In this document: in pieces, positions 50,312 through 61,000 of the stretch
How the letters are laid out: every line of letters begins with the position of its first letter
Numbering within the stretch: the first letter of the stretch is position 1
DNA from: Verrucomicrobiota bacterium
GTDB taxonomy: Bacteria; Verrucomicrobiota; Verrucomicrobiia; Opitutales; Seribacteraceae
DNA: 64,000 bases
Assembly: GCA_027622665.1 (NCBI GenBank)
Contig: JAQBYT010000016.1
Location: forward strand, 15,203-79,202
Direction of reading: 5' to 3'
The notes under the pieces: generated by a model
Told to the model about the DNA's origin: nothing
What the model saw: the letters and a program-made list of their open reading frames with translations, nothing else
The model's database searches: none
Program-made: the position numbers and the translations under genes

Positions 50312-51358
50312 GTGAGTGCAGCCACCAAAAAAAAGACCACTACTACCAAAGCTTCTGCTGACGACGAAAAAATGGCGAAGGCCCTCGTCGACGCTTATGA
50401 CAAACTGAAAGCTCAAGTACACAAAGTGATCGTCGGGCAAGACGATGTCTTGGAGCAATTGCTCATCGCCATGCTAGCTCGTGGTCACTGTTTGCTTGAA
50501 GGTGTACCGGGCTTGGCCAAGACGCTCATGGTGCGTTCACTGTCACAAGCCATCAACTTAAGTTTCCGACGTATTCAGTTTACCCCCGACCTGATGCCTG
50601 CCGATATTACGGGCACTGACATCATCCAAGAAGACAAGACAACCGGACACCGCGAACTAGTATTTGAGAAAGGTCCGATTTTCAGCCAAATCGTACTGGC
50701 TGATGAAATCAATCGTACTCCTCCAAAGACACAGGCCGCCTTGCTCGAGGCCATGCAGGAACACGACGTGACCGTTGGCGGGAAGACCTATCACCTTGAG
50801 GAACCCTTCTTCGTTTTGGCCACCCAAAACCCGATCGAGCAGGAAGGCACCTATCATCTTCCCGAAGCCCAACGAGACCGTTTCCTTTTTCAAGTGATCG
50901 TCGATTACCCTTCGCGCGATGAGGAACGGCAAATTGTCGAGCAAACCACCTCGACCTTCGAGTCGGAACTGGAACCCGTAATCGACGGCAAGACCATCAT
51001 AGAATGCCAAGAGACGGTAAGACGGGTACCGGTACCCGAACATGTCTACGACTTTATTCTCGATCTCGTGCGCATGGCTCGACCGAAGGAAGAATCGGCT
51101 CCGAAGTGGGTTAAGGATCTCATTGAATGGGGACCCGGACCACGGGCTTGCCAGCAACTAGTGCTCGGGTCCAAGGTGCGGGCTTTGCTGCGTGGTCGCT
51201 ATCACGTAACCGTGGACGACGTAGAGGCTCTTGCCCACCCGGTTTTGCGTCACCGCATCGTCCCGACCTTCAACGCAGAAGCCGAAGGCATCTCCGTAGA
51301 ATCCCTCATCGATCGTCTGCTCAAGGACGCACCGAAGAAGCAGGAAGCCGTGATGTAA
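50312..51358 (+). CDS. moxR: MoxR-family AAA+ ATPase
   Basis: [58 protein letters not shown]. Confidence 0.95.
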   Translation: MSAATKKKTTTTKASADDEKMAKALVDAYDKLKAQVHKVIVGQDDVLEQLLIAMLARGHCLLEGVPGLAKTLMVRSLSQAINLSFRRIQFTPDLMPADITGTDIIQEDKTTGHRELVFEKGPIFSQIVLADEINRTPPKTQAALLEAMQEHDVTVGGKTYHLEEPFFVLATQNPIEQEGTYHLPEAQRDRFLFQVIVDYPSRDEERQIVEQTTSTFESELEPVIDGKTIIECQETVRRVPVPEHVYDFILDLVRMARPKEESAPKWVKDLIEWGPGPRACQQLVLGSKVRALLRGRYHVTVDDVEALAHPVLRHRIVPTFNAEAEGISVESLIDRLLKDAPKKQEAVM

Positions 51359-51398
51359 GGGTTGAACCGACCTTTAACATATACGAATCGCGCGCCAA

Positions 51399-52319
51399 GT
51401 GGCCACGGTAACTGACTATCTAGATCCGAAGGACCTCTCTCGCCTCGCCAACCATCAGGTTTTGGCGAAGAGAGTGGTAGAAGGATTCTGCTCGGGGCTT
51501 CATCGTTCACCCCACAAGGGTTTCAGCGTCGAGTTCAAGCAGCACCGCCAATATGTACATGGAGACGAAATTCGTCACCTCGACTGGAAGGTATACGGAA
51601 AAACCGATCGTTTTTTCATACGCGAATACGAAGAAGAGACCAACCTGCGATGCAACATCCTCCTCGATGCCAGCGGATCCATGGCCTACGAGGGAACACG
51701 AACGGAAGGCCGATCCAAACTTCATTATGCCTCTCGCCTAGCGGCTTGCCTGTCATACATGATGCTCAAGCAGACTGATAGCGTTGGGCTCATCACCTTT
51801 GACACAAAAGCCCGCAAGATTCTCCCACCTCGCGGACAGCCCGCTCACGTCCGCAACATCGTCGACGTACTCGAAGAAACCTCCCCCGGAGGAGAAACCG
51901 ACCTCGGCGCCGTGTTCCACGAATTGGTTCCAAAGCTTAAACGCCGCGGCCTCGTAATAATAATTTCAGACTGTTTCGGTGACCTTGATTCGGTGATGAA
52001 CGGCTTGGCGCACTTTCGCCACGCCAAGCACGACGTCGTAATATTTCAGATCTGGGACCCCGACGAACTGGACTTCCCCTTCAAGCAGTGGACGCGTTTC
52101 GACTGCTTGGAAGTGGCCGACAAGAAGCACACGGTGGACCCGACTCACTTGCGCCAAGCTTACTTGGAGAACTTGGAAAACTATCGAGAAAACTTCACTC
52201 AAGGTTGCCACCGCAATCGCATCGACCTTGTGCCGATGACCACCGACCAACCTTATGCGGAAGCCCTTTCATACTATCTCGCCTTGCGCAAGCGCGGTGG
52301 AAGACCTTCGAGAAAATGA
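51399..52319 (+). CDS. DUF58-domain protein
   Basis: [41 protein letters not shown]. Confidence 0.92.
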   Translation: MATVTDYLDPKDLSRLANHQVLAKRVVEGFCSGLHRSPHKGFSVEFKQHRQYVHGDEIRHLDWKVYGKTDRFFIREYEEETNLRCNILLDASGSMAYEGTRTEGRSKLHYASRLAACLSYMMLKQTDSVGLITFDTKARKILPPRGQPAHVRNIVDVLEETSPGGETDLGAVFHELVPKLKRRGLVIIISDCFGDLDSVMNGLAHFRHAKHDVVIFQIWDPDELDFPFKQWTRFDCLEVADKKHTVDPTHLRQAYLENLENYRENFTQGCHRNRIDLVPMTTDQPYAEALSYYLALRKRGGRPSRK

Positions 52320-54688
52320 ATTTCCTCAACGTCGGCTTGGCATTCGGAGCTGCAGCAGTGGTCATTCCGCTACTCATTCACATTTTTAACCGCAGCCGAT
52401 TCAAAGTGGTGACTTGGGGAGCCATGCACTTGCTTGAATCGGTGTTGCGCGTGAACCGCAGACAAGTACAGCTCGAGCAAATCATCCTGCTTATCATTCG
52501 CTGCGCCATTCCAATTCTGCTGGCGCTTTGCTTGGCCCGCATGGTGGTCACGGATTGGGGGCCATTCCTGCACCGAATCATTTTGCCCTTGGCGGCGTTG
52601 GCTTTCCTTATCCTCGTGGCACTCGTGCCGAGCCTTAAGAAACTCTTCGGCATTCTTTGCGCCGCTTGCATCATTTACGCCATCGCTGCGGAGGCTGGGA
52701 TTTTTGGAGGAGGATATGAAAAGAAAAACGTGAGCTCGGATTCCACGGATATCGCGGCCTCAACGGTTATCTTGCTTGACGATAGCTTTTCCATGAATGC
52801 GGATGGCGGTTTTGCCAAAGCCGGCGCGTTCACCGAAGGCTTCTTGAAAAAGCTTAAGAAAGGATCAGACGCTTCCGTCGTGCGGATGGGGGGAAGCGCC
52901 TCACCCATCTTCGCCAAACCCACCTCCGAAACAGAAGCCCTCGGTGAACGATCGGGTCAACTCAAGGCGTCCTACGACAAGGTCGATCTTATAGGATCGC
53001 TCGACGCGGGAATCGCCACCATCCACGAAGGACGAAACGCCAAACGCGAAATCATTCTTGTCTCCGATTTCCGCAAGGCCGATTGGGAAAAGACGGGAGG
53101 GGCGCTTGCGACCTTGAAGGAAAGACTGGACAATGAGCCCCTCAAGCCCGCCATCACCCTCATCGACGTCGGCGGCCCGGCTCGAGAAAACGTTTCGGTT
53201 GATTCCATCGAACTTTCGGCCACTTCCGTAGGAGTGGGACAGAAAGTCCTCGTGCGAGCGGAGCTACGCAACCACGGCAGCTCGTCCTACGAAGGCGACC
53301 TTCAAGTTCGTCTTCTTGTGAACGAAGAGTTAGATCCGGTTGACGAAACGGTAGTCTCCCTCAATCCGGGTGAAACGGGCCAAGTTCTTTTCACTCACAA
53401 GTTCACGGAAGCCGGTTCGACTGTAGTCACCATCGAAATTGGGGCTAGCGATGCTCTTGACGACGACGACCGAAGATCCGCCTCGGTTACCGTATTGGAC
53501 CGCATCGGCGTACTCCTTGTCGACGGATCTCCCTCCGAGGAATGGTTAAGCGGAGAGACGGATTTCCTTAAGCTTGCCCTCACTCCATTTGAGGAAGCCA
53601 AGATCAAGAATTCCGTGGAAACAAAAGACTTAATCGACGCCTCAGTTGTAACGCTCTCAAACTTTGATCCCACCAAGCATCTCGACGGCAACCAGAGCGT
53701 GGTGGTCCTCGCCAACGTTTCCAGCCTGAATGATGACCAAATTTCAGCACTTTCCTCCTTTGTCCGCAACGGGGGTGGACTGTGGCTTGCCCTCGGAGAT
53801 AAAGTCGACGCCGATTGGTACAACGACGTTCTTGGATCAGAAGCAAACGACCTTCTCCCCCTACCCCTCCGTAACATTGGCGGAAGCTTATCCGACGATT
53901 CCGTGCGCACTCGCGTGGTAGCCTCTCACTTCGAACACCCCGCACTCTCGCTCTTCAACGATCGCAGGAACGGTAATCTAGCCGACGCAGACCTTTGGCG
54001 GTGGCATCGTTTAGGCGAAAGCGACGGGATCGGGGCCCAAGACGCCACAGTACTCGCAAGACTTGAAACGGGAGATGTGTTTCTCGCCGAGAAAAAAGTG
54101 GATAAGGGAATAGTCATACAGATGGCGACCACCGTAGATGGTGACTGGACGAACATGCCAGTCCGCTCCTGCTATTTGCCCCTAGTTCAGCAGATTGCCT
54201 CCTACCTCGCCGATCAAGTGACCCCACCACGCAACCTGCCGGCGGGAGCCACCCTCACTCATTATCTCCCCGAAAAGGATGCGGGCAAAACGTTAAACGT
54301 AACGAGCCCCGACGGCTCCACCCATACCATAAAGGCTGTCAAGCGTGGTTCACAGGCAGTAGCCGAGTTTTCCAACACCCGAAAACCCGGCACCTACCAG
54401 ATGAGCGGAGAAGAAGGAAGCCCGGTCAAGTTCGTAACAAACGCATCGCCACGAGAGTCTCAACTGGATCGCATGTCGGAAGAAGAGATTCGGGAAAGCG
54501 CAAATGCTCTCGCCGAATCCATCGATTTTATCGACGCCTCCGAAAAAGACGCTCTAGCCCAGTATCTGGAACTGGATGGGGCCCGAACCTTTGGTCGCGA
54601 AACATGGAAGATACTCCTCGGGGCAGTCCTTGCCCTAGTCCTGCTTGAATTGATTCTGCAACGAATCTTCGGGAGGGTGCGAACATGA
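52316..54688 (+). CDS. BatA-domain / VWA membrane protein with Ig-like (CARDB-type) and GATase-like regions
   Basis: [22 protein letters not shown] (BatA), LDDSFSM (MIDAS), ILVSDF, LLVDG, C-terminal TM; ATG overlaps the DUF58 stop. Confidence 0.88.
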   Translation: MNFLNVGLAFGAAAVVIPLLIHIFNRSRFKVVTWGAMHLLESVLRVNRRQVQLEQIILLIIRCAIPILLALCLARMVVTDWGPFLHRIILPLAALAFLILVALVPSLKKLFGILCAACIIYAIAAEAGIFGGGYEKKNVSSDSTDIAASTVILLDDSFSMNADGGFAKAGAFTEGFLKKLKKGSDASVVRMGGSASPIFAKPTSETEALGERSGQLKASYDKVDLIGSLDAGIATIHEGRNAKREIILVSDFRKADWEKTGGALATLKERLDNEPLKPAITLIDVGGPARENVSVDSIELSATSVGVGQKVLVRAELRNHGSSSYEGDLQVRLLVNEELDPVDETVVSLNPGETGQVLFTHKFTEAGSTVVTIEIGASDALDDDDRRSASVTVLDRIGVLLVDGSPSEEWLSGETDFLKLALTPFEEAKIKNSVETKDLIDASVVTLSNFDPTKHLDGNQSVVVLANVSSLNDDQISALSSFVRNGGGLWLALGDKVDADWYNDVLGSEANDLLPLPLRNIGGSLSDDSVRTRVVASHFEHPALSLFNDRRNGNLADADLWRWHRLGESDGIGAQDATVLARLETGDVFLAEKKVDKGIVIQMATTVDGDWTNMPVRSCYLPLVQQIASYLADQVTPPRNLPAGATLTHYLPEKDAGKTLNVTSPDGSTHTIKAVKRGSQAVAEFSNTRKPGTYQMSGEEGSPVKFVTNASPRESQLDRMSEEEIRESANALAESIDFIDASEKDALAQYLELDGARTFGRETWKILLGAVLALVLLELILQRIFGRVRT

Positions 54689-57600
54689 ACGACGATCGCA
54701 CCGGCAGCAGCTTTCACCTCGCGGGAGATATTGAACCTTGGCTGGGTATCTTACTCGCCTTGGGCACCGCTGCTCTGGCGTGGTGGCTTTATCGGCTCGA
54801 GACTCGAAAAGGAACGATTGCCCCCTTGGATAAAGTGCTTCCGCTTCTTCGCGCTGTCGCTGCAGGTCTAATCGTCATGATCCTCACCGGCCCGACGATA
54901 AGCAACGTCAGTGAGAAAGGGCAGCGAGGACGAGTATTGGTTTTTCTGGATGCGTCGAAGAGCATGTCCATCACGGACGAGCACATGTCTCCCGGTCGAA
55001 AACTTCTCTTGGCAGAAAGACACGGCTGGCTTCCAAAGGACCAAAATCTTCTCGACCCGGCGCTTCTCGATGCCGCGGATCTTCTCGCAGAAGCACGGAT
55101 AGGATTGAATGAAGGGCTGTCAGACCCCACCGCGGACCTAATTAAACTTAGAGAAATCTTCGCGAATAAAACCAAGAAAGCATCCGAACTGCTTTCGGGA
55201 AAAGAATACGAAGTTTCGACCGCTCCTGAACGTAAGGGAGTTCTTTACCATGAAGTCTGGAATGGCATCCCCGACGGTACGGTCACGAGCCTCACTAATC
55301 ACCCTAAATTCAAGGAAGGAAAACCGGATTCAGCCAGTTACATAACTGCCGCCGAAAGTCCATCGGACGTGGGCGACAACTTCGGTAGACGGATCCGGGG
55401 AATAATTGTTCCTCCCGAATCCGGCGATTATCGCTTTTCGGTCAACGCCGACGACGAGTGCGTGGTTCGTCTGAACAACGCCGGAGAAAATCCGGATAAC
55501 GCTCGGGAAATCTTAAGAACTCAAGGAACGACCGGACCGATAGCACTCGATCACTCCAAGCGATACTATTTTGAAATTTTACACAAGGAGGCAGCAGGCG
55601 GTGATTTCTGCACAGTTGGATGGACCTTGCCTAGCGGCCGCATCGAACGCCCCATACAGGGGAAACATTTTCGTGCGCCTAGCTACGATAGCCCACCGAC
55701 CTTTCCCGAACTGCGTGAAAGCATGCGCGCCGATGTAGTAAAAGCAGCTCAATCATTAAAGAAAGGAAAGGATGATACTGCAGAAACCAACATGCGCACA
55801 ACACTATCGAACCTTACCGAAACCGCTCTCTCCTATGAACTCCGGTTTCGAGACACGTTTGAGGTATATGCAGAAAATCGTGCGGCAGGAGATGATGAAA
55901 ACATTAAGAAAGCCATCGAATCATTTAACTCGAACGACAGATGGCAACGCGCCACTCGACTGCTCACTCAGCGCCGAAACAGCATCCTCAAGGAATTGGC
56001 CGACACTCACATCATAGAAGTACGTTCACTTGCCGGACTAGAAACTGAACGCCTATGGGACAACACCGGCGATGCGGATCCTCCACCCGATTTCGGCCAA
56101 TCTCCTGAGACCCGACGCACCGACCTCGCGACAGGTTTGCAAACTGCTATCAAGGTGGACGAGGACAACGGAGAAAACAAGGATGCCAAACAATCCAGAA
56201 CGGCCGCCGTTATCCTATCAGACGGTTTACACAATATCGGTGCATCCCCTTTCGAGACCGCGAAGCTAATGGCTGGACGCGACATTCCCATACACACCAT
56301 CGGTTTTGGCAGCGTAACCCCCCCTCCCGATCTAGCCGTCATCGAGGTAGAAACTCCTGCCAAAGTACTCAAAGATGATCGCTTCCGGGGCTCAGTCACG
56401 CTCAAGGACAACCTGACCCCGGGTACGCCCTTCAAGATCGTGATCGAGGACGACCTGAACCAGACCATATGGGAAGAAAGCTTTTCCGGCATGAGCGCAA
56501 CGCGTCGACGAGTCGCTTTTGATTTCTCTGTCGAAGAACTGGTGGAGGAAAAAATATCCAACCTTGGCTTGGACAACAGTGTCGAGGTTAACGCAGTCCC
56601 CTTTCGCATGAAAGTACGCGTAGAGCCAGTTGAGGGAGAAGCTCGTGGCGACAATAATGTGCTATCGTTCGCCTTCGACGCCATCACGAAGAAGAACAAC
56701 ATGCTCATCATCGACGGTCGACCGAGGTGGGAAACCCGTTACCTACACAATCTATTTGAACGTGACGAGCGGTGGACAGTGACAGTTGCCTTCGCGGGTC
56801 CCGGGTCCGACGATGGCGCCCTACCCCGCGGCGAGGAAGGAGATGTCTTCCCTTCCGACAAGAAAACTCTTTTCTCTTACGACCTACTGGTATTAGGCGA
56901 AATAGCCCAAGGCCTTTTCGAAGAAGAGGAACTGGAATGGATTCGCGATTTTGTGGCCAGCAGGGGAGGCGGCATAATACTTTTGGACGGTCCGAGGCAA
57001 AAGTTTCGTGAATACGCCGATGACGAAGACAACCCGATCGCCTCCCTTCTTCCAGTAAAATGGAATGAAGACGGCCCCAAGCGACTGGCTCCACAGTCTC
57101 TTCGCCTGACAGAGCGAGGTCTGGCTACGCCCGCCCTTTTCCTCCACCCTTCAGCCGAACGCAGTGCCGAACTCTGGGGCTACGTCCCTAAACCCGGTTG
57201 GGTTGCCCCCACGGAAGCCCTGCCCGGAACAGACGTGTATCTCGAGGCTACTCTGGATGAAAAAGGCGAAGAAGCCGTTCCACTTCTCGTGTCTCGGACA
57301 GTGGGAGCCGGCAAGACTCTCTATGCTGGTTTCGACAGCACTTGGCGCTGGCGCTTCGAGGTAGCCGACAAATACCACCAGCGCTACTGGCACCAAATAG
57401 CCTCTTGGATTATGGAAAAGCCATTTGCGGTAAGCGACGAGTTCGTCGCCATTGATCCCGGTGCATCCACTTATCGCCCCGGCGAATCAGCTGCTCTTCG
57501 GATTCGAGTTCGCGACCGCGAAGGGAAGCCTCTCGATGACCCAAAAGCAGAGGTCGAGGCGCTAATATGGAGAGAAGGTAAGATCGTGGCCACCGTACCG

Positions 57601-57993
57601 ATGAAAACCGACCCCGACTCGGGCGGTCTCTTCCAGGGCGAAACGCCGGCACTCAGTCCAGGAGAACACCAAGTGACAGTACGCGTAGACGGCCTTTTCG
57701 AAGAAGATGAACTGCGAAGCAAGGTCGAGTTTCTCGTCCGAGAGCCTGAAAGCCCAGAGCTCGCAACGCTTATTTGCAAGGAGGACCTTCTTCGAGATGT
57801 GGCCAAACTTTCCGGCGGAAGCTACTTGCGTGAAGAGCAAATAGGACGATTAAATGATTTGCTTAAGCCCATAAGCTCGGGCAGACTCGTGAAAAAGGAA
57901 ATCGCTCTTTGGCAAAGCTACTGGTGGTTCGTACCTATCATTTTGTTATTGGGCCTGGAACTCTTCCTGAGAAAACGGGCAGGCATGCTATAA
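54685..57993 (+). CDS. Large VWA membrane protein with PA14 insertion and GATase-like domain
   Basis: FLDASKSMS (MIDAS), PA14-like DNFGRRIRGIIVPPESGDYRF..DD, ILSDG, DGRPRWETRYL, TWRWR, C-terminal LRKRAGML. Confidence 0.85.
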   Translation: MNDDRTGSSFHLAGDIEPWLGILLALGTAALAWWLYRLETRKGTIAPLDKVLPLLRAVAAGLIVMILTGPTISNVSEKGQRGRVLVFLDASKSMSITDEHMSPGRKLLLAERHGWLPKDQNLLDPALLDAADLLAEARIGLNEGLSDPTADLIKLREIFANKTKKASELLSGKEYEVSTAPERKGVLYHEVWNGIPDGTVTSLTNHPKFKEGKPDSASYITAAESPSDVGDNFGRRIRGIIVPPESGDYRFSVNADDECVVRLNNAGENPDNAREILRTQGTTGPIALDHSKRYYFEILHKEAAGGDFCTVGWTLPSGRIERPIQGKHFRAPSYDSPPTFPELRESMRADVVKAAQSLKKGKDDTAETNMRTTLSNLTETALSYELRFRDTFEVYAENRAAGDDENIKKAIESFNSNDRWQRATRLLTQRRNSILKELADTHIIEVRSLAGLETERLWDNTGDADPPPDFGQSPETRRTDLATGLQTAIKVDEDNGENKDAKQSRTAAVILSDGLHNIGASPFETAKLMAGRDIPIHTIGFGSVTPPPDLAVIEVETPAKVLKDDRFRGSVTLKDNLTPGTPFKIVIEDDLNQTIWEESFSGMSATRRRVAFDFSVEELVEEKISNLGLDNSVEVNAVPFRMKVRVEPVEGEARGDNNVLSFAFDAITKKNNMLIIDGRPRWETRYLHNLFERDERWTVTVAFAGPGSDDGALPRGEEGDVFPSDKKTLFSYDLLVLGEIAQGLFEEEELEWIRDFVASRGGGIILLDGPRQKFREYADDEDNPIASLLPVKWNEDGPKRLAPQSLRLTERGLATPALFLHPSAERSAELWGYVPKPGWVAPTEALPGTDVYLEATLDEKGEEAVPLLVSRTVGAGKTLYAGFDSTWRWRFEVADKYHQRYWHQIASWIMEKPFAVSDEFVAIDPGASTYRPGESAALRIRVRDREGKPLDDPKAEVEALIWREGKIVATVPMKTDPDSGGLFQGETPALSPGEHQVTVRVDGLFEEDELRSKVEFLVREPESPELATLICKEDLLRDVAKLSGGSYLREEQIGRLNDLLKPISSGRLVKKEIALWQSYWWFVPIILLLGLELFLRKRAGML

Positions 57994-58012
57994 AGCAAAA
58001 CGGAGAATAGAC

Positions 58013-61000
58013 ATGAGCGTACAAGTAGATCCAATCATCCTACAAAAACTGGAAGACTTTCGACGCAGGCGTCGAAACCTAATCTTCCTTCGTGGATTCT
58101 GTTCGGCAGTCGTTAGTCTGCTCGCTGTTTTCTCCACAATCGCGGTGGCCGATTATCTCGTCAGCGTCTACGTTAAAGGTGGAATGCCCGACGAGGTGAG
58201 AACCGCTCTTTCCTACCTAGGCTATGGGGTGGTCGTCTTTGCCGTATGGCGCACCTGCGCTCGTTTGCTAATACATCTTCCAAGCAGAAGACATCTCGCC
58301 CGATTGATCGAGCAAACCGCTCCTGACCTTAGGGAGGACTTGTTGTCCGCCGTGGAACTGGGAAGAGATGACGGGGCCGAACTCGACTCCGAAATCTTTC
58401 GCAACTTGGTCCAAAAAGACGTTTCCTCGAGAGTCAAGGACCTCGACATGTCCAACGCTCTTCCACTGACCCGGCTTCGACGTTGGCTTCAAGCTACCGC
58501 CGCGTTGATCGTATTTACCTTGGTCTTGCTCAATATTCCCGATTTCGGAGGCCAATTCCAGCAACTCATGGGCCGAGCTCTTTTGCCGGGAGCCAACATA
58601 GCCCCCTTGACTGATATCGAAGTAGCGATCTTGGCTCCAAGCAACGATAAAACCATTACCCCAAAAAGTGAACCTCTTCGATTCTTGGTTGAGGTAAAAG
58701 GGAAAGAAAAAGATCAGACCTTTGGCCGCGTTGAACTGGAAACAAAGATAAAGAACGCCAAATTAAATCCCGTTGCCATGGCTCCTCGCCAAGCAAACCA
58801 GTTCTCGCTCGACTACAATGTGGACCGTGAAAAGTTCGAATACCGAGTTTGGGTGGACGGTTCGCCTCGCACAAAATGGTTCGACATGGACGTTGCCTCT
58901 CGACCCTACGTCACCTCCTTCACCAAGACCTACCGCTATCCCGAATACACCAAGCTCGAACCAATTACCGCAACCGATGACCGCGGAGATTTGTCTGGTT
59001 GGGAAGGTACCGAGGTCGACCTTGTCCTTAATACAAACCAAGTCGTCACTGAAGGCACGATGGAGTTGGACCTTACGGGAGGAGGCCTTTCGAAACTTCA
59101 ACTTTCTCCGACCGCCGATGGAAAAGGGCTAAAGACCACGCTCGTTCTAGAAAAGCCGGGCACCTATCACACCCTAGGAGTCACCTCCCAAGAAACAGGT
59201 TGGAAAAGCAAACCTTCGCAAGCTTATGAAATTGCCGTGCAACTGGACGAAGCTCCCGCCATTCGAATCGTCTCCCCGGAAGAAAAGTCCCAGCTTCTAG
59301 CACCCGACGACATCCTTGCGCTCACCGCCGTGGCCGAAGACGACCTCGCCCTCGAAAAGATTGAATTCCATGTTCGCGTGAACAATCGTGGCTGGCAAAA
59401 ATTCCCCGTTCCCGGCCTCGTGACGCCCATCGACGAAAAAAACGTTGTTCTGCGATTCGACTTGGATCTGCTCGATCTAAAACTGCGCCCCAATGACAGT
59501 GCCACCCTCAAGCTGGTCGCCTACGACCGGAAGGGAGCAATCGGTGAATCCGACCCAATACAGCTTTCAATCATTTCTCGTGACCTAGATCTCTCCGCCA
59601 TCCAGACCATCAAGCTTAAGAGCCTACTAGTCGAAGGCGTAACCGAACTCGCTGAGGCCGCCGAGGCCCGAGCAAAGGAAAACGACGAGCTTTACTCGAC
59701 CGTCCTAAAAAAGAATGGAGAGCCAATCTCCGGCGCAACTGCCGATCGGATGCGCTCCCTAACGCGTTCCCTAGTCGAGGAAAGCACCCTCCTCTTCGAT
59801 CAAACCTTGACCACCCTGACCGCAATGCCCCGCGGAACCGACTCCTTCGAAGTCACCCTTGTTACTCGTGCCGTAAATGCGATAAACCAACTGCGACCGG
59901 GAATTGCCTCCACTCATGCCGAAACGGCCCTGGCTTCCGAAGACTCGAAAGTTCGTAAACAAGCCGTACAGGACTTGAAGGGATCGATCGAGTCCGACAA
60001 GGGATTGCTCGGGAACCTAAGGAACATGGCAAAGGTTCAACTCAACCAACAAGTACTGGCCGTTGGTACCACCTACCTTAGGCAACTGTTGAAAAATCAA
60101 GGAGAATTAATCGAGTTGGCCAAAGGGGAATATCATTACAAGTTTGTTGCTCGGAGGCAAGAAGTTGCCCTCAATCATTGGCGAACCATAGAAAACGTTT
60201 TTAATGCCGGTAGCAATCGTCGGACTTCGGCAACAAAACAAATCAGTAAACAAGAGGGTAGCCTGCGAGCTGCCCTGGACGCCGAAACACCCGATAGGGC
60301 AAAACTTGCGGGTGAGATCGCAAAGTGGAACGACAGCGTCAGACGATTTTACGAAGTGGAACAAAACTTACTTCGTAGCAGAACCCGTTCACTTCGATCA
60401 AACCGAGAAAACTTCCTTTGGCAAGTTCGAGACTCTTGGCATGACATTGATGAATTCGCCCAAAAAATCACTTTGCTCAACTCGAATGAAAACGAATACG
60501 CAGGAATGGGACGCATCTTGGGAGATGGGCAATGGCCTGCTTTGGTATCGGAGCTTCAAGGGAGATCTCGTTTGGAAGAGTCTCGAAAGGATGCCGATTC
60601 AGCATTCGTCAAGGACACCGGCCAAGCATCCAGAGCGCTTCAAGCTCTCGGGAACCAGTTCAGGTCGCAAATATCAGCTGGCGAAGAGACTGTCGTTATC
60701 GCCACCAAAATCAGGGAAATTGCTTATCTCTTTCGTCTTCTGGAAGCCTATCATCAAGTCGTGGAAGCCTCAGGGCTCGCATCGACCTTCGCCAACAAGG
60801 AGAAGTGGGAAATGATGAAATCCAACAACCGTGCGGAACGAGCCATCCACTGGGCCACCGCAGCCTCCCCTTGGCGTGCCCTCTCAGGAAAAATTGCGGG
60901 CATTCCCTTAGATCAATTGGGCGGATCCAATGAGGATCGGAACGAGGCGGCCAAAATCCTTCGAGACTTGCAGAAGCAACCTTACGCCACCGCCATCGAC

